Counted from the first letter of the stretch, positions 37,601 through 51,148 are shown. The stretch is 64,000 nt of DNA from Callorhinchus milii (GCF_018977255.1 NW_024704742.1:91762001-91826000), one strand, 5' to 3'. Notes: generated from the letters alone by a model not told the origin. Numbers and translations are program-made.

Positions 37601-38214
37601 GTCAGCTTGCAAACATTTAAAAAAAAGGACAGAGTTAAATGTTATGCCTGTGCTATAGATCCACGGACACAATGTTTTAGTCAGGCAATAATCTCTTGAT
37701 CATCTCTCTCCTTGTCAGACTAGCTTCTTCAATATTAACCTGGGACATAAAACTCTGCACTCTAATGTACATCAGCAATAAATATCTCAACAGGTAACTC
37801 AGCCCTTAGACAAGTTTAGTGAAAATATTTTGAACGGCACAGCCTGGAAGCCAAACTTGGCAAACTTGTGGAGAATTGTATTGTAATACTTCCAAATCAG
37901 CAAAGGCATCTAAAATGCCTCTTGATTTTGCCAAATACTCGGTTGATCATACACAAGGTGGATTCATGTGTCCGACTGTAATTGTCTTCGGCAAAAGATG
38001 AGGGTTTAAGAATGCAGGAATCATTCATTATTTCAGACGAAAACTAGTGGCTACCCACATTTTGGACTCTGAGAACCCTCATCTATCTTAAAGCCTGTCA
38101 CAGGTAATTGATACACAATAAAATGGATGCTGGATGGTTTACAATTGTACCTGTAATGTAATTTTGAGTAAAAGATCTGTTCGGTTTGTAAGGTATTACA
38201 CACTTTTTTTTAGA

Positions 38215-38470
38215 TCCCCAGAACTCATGCTCCAGCTTTACAGTGCCAAGTCAGGCCTCTCCTGGAGTATTGTGTACAGTTCTGGTCACTGCAACTCAAA
38301 AAGTTGTCGAGACCTCAGAGGCAGAGCAGGGAAGAGTAATGAGGATGATCCTCAGTGATAGAGGGATGATCTTTGAGAAACAATTAGGCAAGCTAGGGCT
38401 GTTTGGCTTTGAAAAGAAACTCCTCAGAGGGCACCTTAAAGAGGTGTACAAAACTTTAATGGGATTGAGT
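38215..38470 (+). mobile_element. Old CR1 fragment
   Basis: gtcaggcctctcctggagtattgtgtacagttctgg (RPLLEYCVQFW); LGLFGFEKKLLRGHLKEVYK. Confidence 0.8.
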
Positions 38471-39782
38471 GATTTTATTCATGAAAGGGACTCACATCCT
38501 TCCTGTACAATAACCAGCCTGTCAGGAATGTGAAGCTCTCTGAAGTTTGAAAGACATTTCAGTGCTAAAATACAGAGATGCCACCTGAACTGGAAAAAGT
38601 GTACAAACCCAAAGCCTGAAATAACTGATATGTGCAGGATCCTGTCCTTTGTTGTTTGGGTAACATTTTGTCTGTGGTGCCTAAAATTGGATGCAGCATA
38701 AAGAAGAAATGCAGTGGAATTGGTGCCTCAAAAATGCTCATTTTGCTGCTGAGTAGAAAATCAGGGAGCACAGTACCTGTGTCAAACCCTGTTCATTTAA
38801 TCCCAAAGGAAAGTCATCCTTTCTTATAATAATAATAATCCTTGCATTTTGATACATTGGTCTTATCACAACTTTTCAAAATTGTTGATTCTGATATTGT
38901 CCAACAAGAAATTTCATAAGCATATTGAAATAAACTAGTGCTTTGCTTTTTACAGATTGAATTTAATGCCTTGAATGCTCTGCTCTTCTTCACATCGAAC
39001 AAGGTTTGTAAAATCATTCCCTTCCTATCCTCACCTCCACCACCTTTGGAACACTGCACTATTTGATCCACATTTAGTTGGCAGTAAAAGGGAAGATAGT
39101 CATGTTATCTAGAAAGAAGCTGGAAAAGCCAGTTCATTAACACCGTTTTTGAATAACCATTCCTCTGACAGTTCATTAATGGACTCCCTTGCCTCAGTCC
39201 AGTAGTGCATTTCCTCATTCACTCTCCTCTATACAGTCTATTAATAAGCCTTTTGAGCGATACTTGTTCTACTGATCCTGTGAGTGTCCTAAGTGATACT
39301 CCCCCACACTATTAGTGTGATAGTGATAAGACGGAAGCAATATTCTGCCCTACTCCCAGGACTATGATCCTTCTGACCAATCCATTAATGATAAGACCTT
39401 TTCAAAAGCTCTGATCAACAAGTGCACTGGGACTTTTGTAAGGAAGGTTATTTTGTTAACCTTCTCTTATAATTTGTTTAACCCTGAGGTGAAGTGTATA
39501 GACATAGACAAACCAAGAATGTTATAATGAAACAAAAAATAATACTTAACAAGAATCAGATATATATCACAGTTTAAAGATTATTTATGCTCACAAACTG
39601 TGGAGTACAAGTCAGGACAGTTGGGTGATCAAACCTCGTCCTTGAAGAGTTGATGGTATCGACCTTGCTGACAAACGTGGATTTGTGTCGAGGTACATCA
39701 TCTCATGGCAGCTAGCCGGCTTACTTCCTATGCTGTTCTGTCTTCTTGCTCTTTTCCCTTCTCAACAGAAATTCATACCTTT

Positions 39783-40099
39783 ATAATAATAATAATAATC
39801 CTTGCATTTGATATAACGCTTTTCACGTCTTCTCGATGTCTCAAAGTGCTTCACAGAATAAACTGTAAAGTGAATTGACCGTATATTTGTGGGCGAAACG
39901 TGGCAGCCAATTGCGCACAGCAGTGTCCCACAAACAGTCGTGGATTGAAAATGACCAATTCATTATTGTTTTTTGTTTTGGAGGGATTATTATTTGGCGT
40001 GTGGAGTAAGGAAACTTGCCCAAGCTTTTGTCCTGCCTGGAATTGAGCCCAGGAGTCTCGCTTGCAAGGCGAGTGCTCTAACCACTGAGCTACACGACT
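39783..40099 (-). mobile_element. tRNA-SINE, full length, short subfamily
   Basis: (AAT)n tail through to ctcgcttgcaaggcgagtgctctaaccactgagctac head. Confidence 0.92.
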
Positions 40100-40490
40100 T
40101 ATACTTCTGCTCAAGCACAACATTTTGATCCCGTCAATACCAATCTCTCTGACACAATCCAGATCTCTTAATAACCTTGTTATCTTCTATCACCATTGTT
40201 TCCTGAAGGATTCTGGATCTTACAGACCCTCCTCTAGTTGGTTTGAACAAAGTGAACGACCAACTATAATTGACAGTCTTCATGATAATTCCTAACTCCT
40301 CCTGACAGAGACGTGATTACTCCAGGTCCTGTACCTTATGTACTCCATCCGCCTAGAGCAATCGCTCCAGATGCAAGTTATGCCATAAATTAAGAAATAT
40401 TCCATCAAGGAAAAAATGGAAACAAAATATTGATTGAAAGCAGACTCACCTGGACTAATGGGAATGTTTGGCAGGCCACTTCTTGACGGT

Positions 40491-40536
40491 CCCATGGGCC
40501 ACTTCTGGCCCACGGGTCATGGGTTGGCCACCACTG
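40491..40536. mobile_element. hAT-type MITE terminus fragment
   Basis: Reverse complement cagtggtggccaacccatgacccgtgggcc resembles CAGnGGTGGCCAAC termini; a similar piece lies at 56572-56650. Confidence 0.45.
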
Positions 40537-42074
40537 ACTCGCCGTCAAGATCATTTTCTCTTAAAATATAAAATTATAGAACATTTCAGTTTGATTGGAA
40601 GCTGGGTCTTTTTATTAAAAAAAACTGCAGGAAAATCTGCATCCCAACAAACCATAAGAATCTTGCACAATTCTGCGGCGATCTTCAATTATCAGATAAA
40701 TTGGTCGTGCGCTCTAAAACAGGGTGAAATTTTAAATTTCTGGTGTGTAAAAAAAATTGGAAGAACTTTTTAAATAGAATTTTATAAGCTTAAAAACTCA
40801 TTTTGTGGGGTCAGCAGCAGTCATTGGAATCAATTTAATTTCACAGCCAAATCTGGAAGATATTTTTTGGAAGAGAGCCCAGATCTGAATCAAGTCCTGA
40901 AACAGGATTTTATACTGGATCTTATGCACAGATTTGCTGGTGAAACAGTATTGAAACAGTGCTGTCTAACTACATATCTTGGTTTTCTCTCTTGATACAG
41001 TATTTGCTGTAGTCATGGGACTTTTAAAGTGATCTACTGGGTGTCCCTATGCTCTAATTGCCAAAGATTTGCTGTGCTGTGGATGGCTTATTCTCTATTT
41101 CAAAATCAAACATTGCAAAAAAATAAAATCTGCAAATAACTGTACTTATACAACTGCAATGAAAGAATTCAACAAATGAACAACTAGGTAATCTCAACCC
41201 CGCTATTTACTTTTAAACAAAGTTTGGAGCTGTTCTGGCAAGCCATTTTAATATGCTCTAATGTTAACAAGAACTGATTTACAAATATACACACACACAC
41301 ATACACACACAGACAAAACACCCAACAATTCTATTAATGAGTCTTATTACAGGAGCCTCAGGAGACTGGCTAAAAATAAATGGTTTTCAACAAAGGTTTA
41401 CAGATTATGGATATGACTAGGATAAGGAACACCAGAGTCTTTACAACTGGGTTAGGCAGTCTCCAATTTGCATTAAAGTATACTAACTATCAGGATTTTT
41501 TTGTTGAACTCTCTTATTTTCCTTTCGGCAGCCACCGCCATCTGTGTTTATTTTGTCTGGTGATTCATTCGCAGTATTAAGAGCTCCTTCAGAGACTACA
41601 GTCCAAAGTTAGTTATTGTACAGTAGTTGTTAGTCTGGCACCCAGCCCCCAACTGACTAGCAAGATTGAAACTGATCATCAAATCAGTGAATTACAACAG
41701 TTCTTCCACATGGCACCTAGAATTAAACCAGAAAAACAGACATATAGAGACAGACACACAATGATGGATTTATATATTGATCACATACTTTACAGCACAA
41801 CTTTGTATATACTGCAGACACTCTTAATTGGAAACTCCAAAGTAATAAAAAGACAAAGGGGTGGGTGGGGGGATGAGTTATGTGATAATTAATACATTGT
41901 GGGACATTCCACACCACCACGAGATGTCCCAGTTGAGAACTGCTGCTGGTGAACAAGTCCACCCCACTCAACCTCTTCCACCAATATTATTCCGATGATT
42001 GCACCCAAAGCCACTTGCTACATGCATTGAGCCAGCTGTTGGTAAGTTGAATGTTACTGAAATCCATTCACTCC

Positions 42075-42412
42075 CTGATACCTCCCTACCTCTCCGACCT
42101 CCTCACTCCCCAATCCACCACCTTCGCCTCCGCTCGACTGGCACCAGCCTCCTGCTGATCCCTCACACCCTCCACCCCACCATCAGTGGTCGCACTTTCA
42201 GCCACTACGCCTTAAAACTCTGGATCACTCTCCCTCAATCCCTCTGCCTTGCCCCCCCTCTCCCCTCTTTCAAGTCCCACCTAAAAACTTTCCTGGTCGA
42301 CCGTGCTTACAGCCACCTCCCCCCGGCTCAGAATCAGGCTCCGCCTCTGTTAAGCACTCTGAGATACTACCTTGCATGAAGGGCTCTATATAAGTGCAAG
42401 TTGTTGTTGTTG
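42075..42412 (+). mobile_element. L2 3' end
   Basis: ISGRTFSHYALKLWITLPQSL...FKSHLKTFLVDRAY; (TTG)n tail. Confidence 0.88.
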
Positions 42413-42879
42413 TCTACTCCTCTGTAGACCTGCCTGATATTGCTGATTCGGGCAATACAGTTTTAAAGTTTTACTCAACTTTAAAAGTTATCAATGAACT
42501 TTTTAAAAAGAACAGCTTCTAAACTAAGACTGAGTTAGGAGAATTTTTCAAAATGTTGGAAAAACGTACATTTGAAGACGATGTTCTTGACCCAAATATG
42601 TTTTTTTCACAGCTTTATGGTGCTGTTCAATGCAGATTTAGATATGTAAAACATTGAAACAAAGCATTTTTTTTTACATATTATTCACATTTGCTTACAA
42701 AATACACAGTTACCTTACAGTATTTCAAGTGAAGTGCTTTGAGACGCCATACTGATGTGAAACGTGCTACGTAAAATGTAGGGATTTTCTGAACGTGGAT
42801 AGCCCAAATAATAATAATAATAACATTAATAATAATAATTGTTGCATTTAGTATGGTTCCCTTCACATCAAGAGAATGT

Positions 42880-43681
42880 CCCAGATTCCTGCACAGGATG
42901 CATTATCAGCCAAGAATGCACGCTCCACCTTACTAAGCCAGTCCAGAACTTTGGTGTCTTGCTTGACACTCAACTATCCTTTCCACCCCACACCCGCCCA
43001 ATACCCACCTTCCTCCACTTCCGCAACATCGCCCGGCTCTGCCACTGTCTCACGCCCAGGCTGCCGAGACCCTCATACATGCATTCATAATACCCAGGCT
43101 TGACGATGCAAACTCCTTGCTTGTCGGCCTCCCCAACTCCTCCCTCCATAGGCTGCAGATCATCCAGAACTCTGCAGCCCATGTCCTCTCCCGCACCAGG
43201 CTCCATGGCCCTAGCACCCCCATCCTTGCCCAACTCCACTGGCTTCCCATCACACAGAGGATACGGTTCAAGATCACGGTCATCACCTTCAAAGTCCTCC
43301 ATGGCCTTGCTCCCCACTAGATCTGGAATCTCCTAACCCCCTACCAACCTGCCCACTCCCTCCGCTCAGCGGGCTCTGGGCTGCTTCATGTCCCCCACCT
43401 CGCCCGCCTCACCATTAGCTGGCAGGCCTTCTGCTACTTTGCCCCCATCCTCTGGAACTCCATCCCACAGTCCCTCCACCTCGCCCCCTCCCTTGCCTCT
43501 TTCAAGACCCATCTCAACACCCTCCTCTTCAACCATGCCTTCGATCTTCCCTCTTTCCCCCCTGCCCTCCACCCTCCCTGATCCTGACCCCCAGCTCGGA
43601 TCCAAAACACTGATTGTCCAGCATCTTGGGGTGTCCTCCCAATGTGAAAGGCTATACAAATGTAATTTTGTTGTTGTTGTG
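42880..43681 (+). mobile_element. L2 3' fragment
   Basis: LVGLPNSSLHRLQIIQNSAAHVL...LHWLPITQRIRFKI; (TTG)n tail. Confidence 0.93.
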
Positions 43682-43714
43682 TCATGTAGTCATGTATGTT
43701 TTCTGGACGAACGT

Positions 43715-44022
43715 GGCAGTGAATTTTGTACATAGCAATGTCCCACAAACCCCAAGCAGTGAGTGCCAATTTTATTCAGGGGATTGTTGGCCAGGACACC
43801 AGGGGAATCTCCATTCTCTTTTCATAAGGTACATGCCTGAACGGATAGATGCGGCCTCGGTTTAAAGTCTCATCCAAAGGATAGCACCTCCAACAATGCA
43901 GCACGTCCACAGCAGCTCACTAGATTGTCAGCCTGTACTATGTGAACTCCAAGACCGATGTGGAGTTTGAACAACCTTCTGACTCAGAGGCGGGAATGCT
44001 ACAAACTGAGCCCAGCTGACAC
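43715..44022 (-). mobile_element. Deu-SINE
   Basis: ggcctcggtttaaagtctcatccaaaggatagcacctcc...cttctgactcagaggc...ctgagcccagctgaca. Confidence 0.88.
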
Positions 44023-44499
44023 AAATGTAGTCCAACAACTAGTTCAACTATGGAACAAGAAAAGAACACATGTTCCCAGCTGAAAATTTCCAAAGGAAAT
44101 AATTTGAGTCAAAGGAATGACTGGAATATGAATCACTACAGAAGCAAAAAAAAAGGTCATTTGGAGCAAATACAATTATCATTCTACACTTAGTCTGAGC
44201 TGTCGAAAATGTGAAGAGAAGCAGAGGGCTGACAATGTGGTGGTACTATCTATCCTGCAGATAAATTTACCCTTGGACTAATACAAAAATGGTGCTCAAC
44301 CACATCCAAAGATATTTAGAAATCAAAACGGTTCCATTTTTCCAGCATTCCTATAAATATAATTCACATTCTTTGTGGAGTCAATGCCATTTTGTGGAAT
44401 CCATTTGCAATTTATGCTAATCTTACAGCACCACATTGTTGGACAATTTCTGATTTTAGTTACTTTTGCCAAATCCTTGACTTTTGGAGTTACTTTTAT

Positions 44500-46010
44500 A
44501 GTTTTGTTCACATAGCTGACATTATTCAAACTGAGTAATATTGCTGTATTCAATATGCTCAGTGAAGTAATCTTGAAATGTAACATTTGGTTAAAATGCC
44601 GCTTGAGAGGACAGTAGTGTGGGTATGCTGAAAGGTTGTGATCAATAGAGTAGAAGGACCTTATTCAGCCCCACAATTCAGCTCAATCTAAATATTTTAA
44701 ACCAAATTAATAATACAGCCTAAAACCAACTGGAATTTCAAACCTCAGTATATTATTCCATCTGCACAACTCCATTTTTGAACCCTGAACATCTGGCTGC
44801 CACAAATGACATTTCTCCTCAACAAACTGCTGGGTAGAACTTCCCCCTTGATCTAGATTTACCCTGTTTAACGTTGCATTTCAGAGCATCCAAAATTTGT
44901 CAAATTCTTATTGTAGCCTTTAAAGTTAAAGCAGGTTTTCTGTAAGTTCTTTTTTAAAAAAAAACTAATGAAAACAGGCTTCCAAATTATAACTGAATTC
45001 AAGAAGTTGCTAAATTCTGCACAGACTCAAATGTTACATTAATAGAGTAAATCTGGATTCAATTGGAATTTCAACCCATGAATTGCTTTTAGCCACAAAC
45101 AGAAGAACAAAATTCAGAGTAATGCATAGGATCCAAAACATTACTTAGTCTATGCACACTCAGGATTGCAGCAAGTGTTCTATTCTCTGACTGACCTTCT
45201 TCAAATTAGATGGGAGAGACTGCGTGCCCTCTCCCACCAACTCCAATTGTATTAATAGCGTAATTTAACTTTTCAGCACTAATCTTCGCCTCAGGACTAT
45301 TCCATAGTATTGAGCACTGTATGCTGTGTCTTTTGGTAAAACATTCAGTGAATACAGAGGATTGTGTATTTGCAGTGAGTTCAAAAAATCTTTATTGTTA
45401 ATTAATTGTCTCAAAGTTTCGTTTCTGGAAATATCCTGTAGGCTGTCGAACAAGTCGTAGGATTCTGAATGTAGGAAGTTGATCCATATTGGATTTGACT
45501 GTATAGCATGGGTTGAAGAAGATTTCACACTGCATGAGCATAAAGTATTATGTAAGATTTCACAAAACAAAAATCATAGGAGCCGATGCAAGAACTACAT
45601 TTGTTGGATTCATTGTCAAGCTCCTTATGTCAATATGTTTGACCGGTTTTAAAGATATGATCGAAAGCCGAAAGGACAGGTTCAGCACAAATCTGTCGAG
45701 ACTTTTAGCATTTTTGAGAGTTTGCTTACCTTCAGCAAGCCTTAACAGTGTGCTGTAAAATTGTGTAAGAGCATCATAAAGAGCCAAACTATCACAAACA
45801 TTATCCAATAGGAAACCCAACCAGTCACTTCTTAAGCATGTCAGCAAAGTTCAGAGTTTTACACCAGCCAATGTACTTACTTTATTGACTTTTATATCTG
45901 TGATAAATCAAATACATAAATCTCACACATTCCCATTGTACTAAATGAGTAGATCTTGGCTAAGAATTGTGCCTATTTTGTAGATTCCTTGTATAAGGAA
46001 TTACCTTTGA
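44500..46010 (-). mobile_element. Decayed hAT-superfamily transposase coding sequence
   Basis: In order across frameshifts: CI*FITD, LLTCLRSDWLGFLL, LRQLINNKDFLNSLQIHNPLYSLNVLPKDTA, VHRLSNVLDPMHY, FSIPT..KRHF. These are collinear with the hAT TD, CxxH, insertion-domain, LDP and hATC motifs. Confidence 0.55.
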
Positions 46011-48437
46011 GCGCTGCCCTCTTAGAGAGTTCAGGAATTTTCATAATCTTGAATGGAGGTCATAATTTTGCCTTTATACTTTGGGCAGGAAAGAATCTAA
46101 GAATGGATTGGTGATACATTGTATATAGCACATTGGTTCCTACTTACAATTCTCCACAAGACATGTTCCCGATCTATGCACCGGCATCTAGGGTGGAGGG
46201 ATGGACTATACAGAGGTGAGCGAGAGTCTGGAGGAATGGAGATGGTTAGAGGTGAGGGTGAGTTAACTCAAAAGGCAATCACATACCATCTAGCTCTCAG
46301 TTATGTAGTTATGCAGTCGTAACAATGGAAGCACATTGTATATTCCAGCTAGTGGGAAGGGAAGTGGTGATGCAGATGAGGGGGAGAGGGGAAATCAAAG
46401 AGAAGAGCAATAATTTTCAAATCGGATTAAACACATTTTGAGGAATCTTTACTATTACAGAAATTTTTGAATATTTGCTAAATGCCCATCAGTTTGTAAT
46501 TCTGAAAACTGAAAGCATACAGTCTGATCCTGTTCCATTCCATGGAACCACTTGGGAGAAATTATCTTTGCCAAGTAACAAGCTATTCAGTAAGTGAATC
46601 AGAAAGAGGAAATAATATTGTCTATTGGTTCCTTTATCAGTTATGAGTTCACAGTTGATAAACACAATCAGTGACCAATGAGGAGGCCTTTGCAACAGAC
46701 CTAAATTCACTTGTTTAGTGATTTAACAGCCCATTCATAGTATACAAAAGTGCATACTGAGCTATTTTACCTGTGCACTGTTGGAGATAAAGGAACAATG
46801 CTAAAATCTTATATCAGGATTTGGAAGCAGTACAGAAACCCCAGCAGAACAAACAGAAATACACTGACGTCTGTCACAAAGGCAATTGTAGAATCACAGT
46901 TGTTCCCAACAAAATGCTATTTGCAGCAAACAATTGTGAAAGGGATATTCCTGATCGTATCTCTCAGTGGAAGTCAAGTTAAATAATGGAGAACTATTCG
47001 TTCTATTTACCTACTGTACATTCAGTACCTTGGCTGCAAATACAGTATTTTAAAACCCATTTATATATAATAAGCTATCAAAATTCTAACTTTCATTTGC
47101 AGGTTAACATTCAAACATTCAAACAGTGATGGCCATATGCCAGAAAATCCAGGTGTCTCAGCTAAGTGTTGGTGCAAATGGTAGTTTGCATCAACAATGG
47201 AGATCATGCCAATAATAATAATAATAATCCTTGCATTTGATATAGCGCCTTATTACATTGTTGAGACGTCTTAAAATGCTTCACAGAATATATTGTAAAA
47301 TGATACTCATCACCAGAATTACTACTGATAGTCATTCTGTAATTGTTGTTAGTGATATCCCTTTTTCACCATTATAAACAATCTTCTACACCCCAGTGTC
47401 AAAACATATCACAAGATCATGAGTTTTCGATGATGGAATTGATGACTAGAACAGGTTACCAGGAAGAGTGGTTCAGGTCAGGCGCTGGTCTTATTTTTTA
47501 AAAAGCTTGATGCTGTGATGGGTAGATAGTTTGATAGATATTCTAAAAGGACTAGATCAAATGGATTGACGGGCTTTCTTCATCTAAATCAATCTTGTGA
47601 CAACTTCTAGTTTGCAAATAGTTTGTTTTCAGACTATTATTTGAACCATAAAATCAGAAACTGAGACTGATTGACATTGTAACTGTGCAGAATAATGGAT
47701 GCTGCTACATATGAGTTCAGATTGTATTGAACATCGGTGATTGTCATTTTAAAATGGATTAGCTTCCGGGACAGCAGGGGTTAATTGTGTTAAAATTAAC
47801 ATTTTAAGGCATTCTTTATAATCAGGTTTCCTGTTATCCACGACTTTAATAGGTACAAATTAACATAATATACATAGAGTTTGATGTAATATACTTCATC
47901 TATACATAGATACATATTTCCAATGATAAAATACATGTATTTTTGATGTTCTTTGTGGTCTGGAAAACTTATATATTATATTATAACATGTCTGAAAAGA
48001 CAGACATTTTTTGCTGGTATTTTTAACTTTGTGGGATGTGGTCCAATTTTTTTGACTTTCCTGGAACTGTTCTTACAAGCCCATAATTGTACTTTTTAAT
48101 CTGTGGAAGAACTCCTTTGAAATGTTTATGAGTTTTCTCTTTCTGAAGGGTATGTCAGTGATATCGAGCACCGACATTTTTGAAACCTGATCCCTTGATG
48201 TCCTTTTAAACTGTCAATTGCGTGAAGATATGTTTAAACCAAAGAAGGTCCGGAAAACTGCCCTGTGATCTCGAAGAGTGTAACATAGAGAAATAATATA
48301 CACTATCAGTGAACGTCTCTCAATACTCTTAAAATCTGTTTAACAAAATGACACTAAGCCTATACTGTGAATACAAACCTCGAAGATATGGGTGAATAAG
48401 TTTCAAGTCCAGTAAGCTTAGAGTGTGGAACAAACTA

Positions 48438-48575
48438 CAACAACAACTTGGATTTATATAGTGCCCTCCATGCCGGACAGTGTCTCAGAGCGCTTTACAG
48501 TAACGGATCCCGGGACCGAGCCAGGGGGAGGGGGGGAAGGAAGGTGACCAAAGGCGTGATCGAAAAGAAAAGTCG
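48438..48575 (-). mobile_element. Short L2 3' end with an 11-bp target-site duplication
   Basis: ggaacaaacta at 48427-48437 and 48576-48586 flanks a (CAA)n-tailed L2 end. Confidence 0.85.
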
Positions 48576-48619
48576 GGAACAAACTATTTTTCCCCCAGAT
48601 TAGTGGATATGCAATATGA

Positions 48620-48955
48620 TACAAATTTACATTTATATTGTACCTTTCATGTCAGGAGGACTCCCAAAGCACTTAATAATACCGGCTTGGCACCTGAGCT
48701 GGGGGTGGGAGCTGAGGGGGGAGGTGAAAGGTGATCAAGAGGTAGGTCTTGAGACGGACCTTAAGCGAGGCAAGGGGGGCAGTGAATCAGAGGGACTCCA
48801 AGATGGAGTTCCAGAGAGTAGGGGCTGAAAGGCTGAAAGTCCACCCACTGATGGTAGAGCGGTTAGGGCAGGGAACATGACGCAGGCCAGTACTTGTTGA
48901 ATGAAGAAAACCGTTGGGTTTGTAGGGTTTGAGGAGATCACAGAGGGAGTGTGAG
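48620..48955 (-). mobile_element. L2 3' fragment
   Basis: gatggagttccagagagtaggggctgaaaggctgaaagtccacccactgatgg. Confidence 0.85.
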
Positions 48956-51148
48956 GTATATTCTCAACAAAAACAATTGAAGATTTGAGACTATTGTTTC
49001 AAACAAGGAACTGTATATCGCAACAATTGCACACTCAGATGTACAAATAAATATTCTATAGACACTGGAGCTTATTATGTTGTACAAACCTTGCGTAATT
49101 AAGGCTGTATTATGCAAGTTGTGTAGTCTATGGGCAAATGCATGTATGATGGAATTACAAGTAGTAAAAAATAATTAAATATAGAATTGCTAAGAACTGG
49201 GGAAGACATGATGCGTGGGGCAAAGCAGGATAGGAATATGGGTAGAGTAGGTGTGGAGACGGGTGAATCTTCTGTAGCATTTGCTTGGTTGCTTCTGTGA
49301 ATCAAAGTGTTTGTGGAGGTTTCTGACTAGGAAATTGAATGGTGGAGTGAACTCCACGTTAAGGTAAGTTTTCTATTGGCTAAGGAAAGAGTGTGTCTCA
49401 GGGTGAGAAACATTTGAGGAATATACTTGATGAGTCAAATAGTCTATTCTGGTAACGTGCTGTCTTGTGCTTTTAAGCATTCTCAAACAGTTAAAGCAGG
49501 ATACTACCAGTTTCTCCAGTGAACAGTCCTGTCAACATTATTCAGCACTGCCAATACAGCTCTTAGCCCAGCCAGGAAGTGGGATTTATTTAGCTAATCT
49601 GTTGAAGTTGTGATGGGGAACCAGAAAAAGGATGGCTGGATTTGTAAGTTTCTGGAAAGGAAAGCTGATTCAAATCTGGTTATTAAAACTCCAGAGATTT
49701 CTTCGTTGGAATAATTCATTGTGCCTGGGTTTATTGAATGGCTGACAGAGGTAGTTAGTTTTGGAAGGATAATTTGCAGTCATTTTTCATGTGCACCATT
49801 TGTTTTATTGTGCAGTCAGCATAATATGGACAGCAACTGTAACTAAATGTGTCCTCGTATTTCTGCCATTAAGCAAATGTATTCTTTGTGGGGGCCTGAG
49901 CACTGAAAACTGACTTGACTTTCAATCATTGCACAAACACAAATCAAAATTATTTCACCCTGATTTCTACAATCGCATCAAATCATAGGGGCTGTATTGA
50001 CAGGCCCCCTGTTATGGATACATGTTTCTTCTTTGTTTTAATCAAGAACAATATTAATTTCTCTCTACGTGTGAGGAGATGCTTTGGAATAGTCACGAGT
50101 GAGTCCCCATTGATTTTCCCTTCTGATTTGTGCAGCGTTTTCCTGTGAAAGCACTGCTGAAATCAGAATCAGTGGAGGAAGGATGGAGAATGGGACCATG
50201 GGTAAGTGAATACATGCTGTTACTTTAAAGAATACTGTTTGACACCTGAGTTCCCAAATTTATCTTATCACTGTGGGCTGGTGTTATTGTTACAATCATT
50301 CCTCCACGGAAATGGAGCTATACTAGATGCACAAATATCATTGTCCTCATGTATTTGCATTCCTGACACTCTGATTTTAGAAAAAATCCTCCTTGTTGGG
50401 TGTCAGCATTCATTACTGTGTTCTTATGTTTGTAGTTTCGCAGATTATTCCCCGTAATCCCAACTAACGGATACCTCTTCATGTTACAGAGCCAATTATG
50501 CATGTTGAAGAGAAAGGGACGAGGAAAATGATTCAAAGGAAAAGCACTTGATTGTCAGTGCTGGAGAGACTAACACCTAATATTACTTTAGACTCCCCCA
50601 ACCCAACGTGCAGTTTACAATTCCACAGCACAAAAAAAAATTCACACGTCAGTACATGAAATTAGACAAAGAACAAAATACATTATCATTATTTTCACAT
50701 TTTTAATATCAATCATTTAAGCCATTATAAATCTGTGTTGATGCTCTGTACCAGAATAAATGGAGACATCACACACTGGAGGGTTGAATGGTTGTTTATT
50801 TAACACGAGGGATGATTAGGAGTCGCTCGGTTTGGTGGAAGTTTCTGAGAAGCAAGGATGGCATCTTTCAAAAATAAAAAAAAAGTTTTGTTCCACTGAA
50901 TTTTATTGCACCAGATGCCGTTACTGACTGCTCAGATTTTATTTCACAGCTGTGAGTGACCATTTCAGATATCTAAAAACAACTGATGTTGAAATTGTTT
51001 CTGTTGGAAAAACGTAATAGTCCAAACTGAGCCAGTGTGAGACTCTGAGCTGTGGGCATGTCTTCATTAGAGTACTCCAGGAGAAGACAGTTGTGCGGCC
51101 TATTTGATCCCCTCCTTCCAGAATACCAACCCTACCATCTTCCTATTT

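Larger units (their letters stand above)
47796..49200 (-). mobile_element. Decayed piggyBac-like transposase, interrupted by two L2 pieces
   Basis: In order: LY.NYFFT-like, IQP*LRKVC, LV*NN, TTG AGA GAC GTT CAC (near MGGVD codons), FRTFFGLNISSRN, IPFRKRKLI, DHIP, YLCID. Confidence 0.5.

Noticed and set aside
39725..39768. Exon candidate (minus GKRARRQNSIG, or plus-strand acceptor)
   Set aside because: The minus acceptor is a weak GAG, and the plus acceptor leads into a SINE tail with no donor.
49331..49370. Strong plus-strand donors here and at 20612
   Set aside because: A few AG|GTAAGT matches are expected by chance in 64 kb; the acceptors are mediocre.
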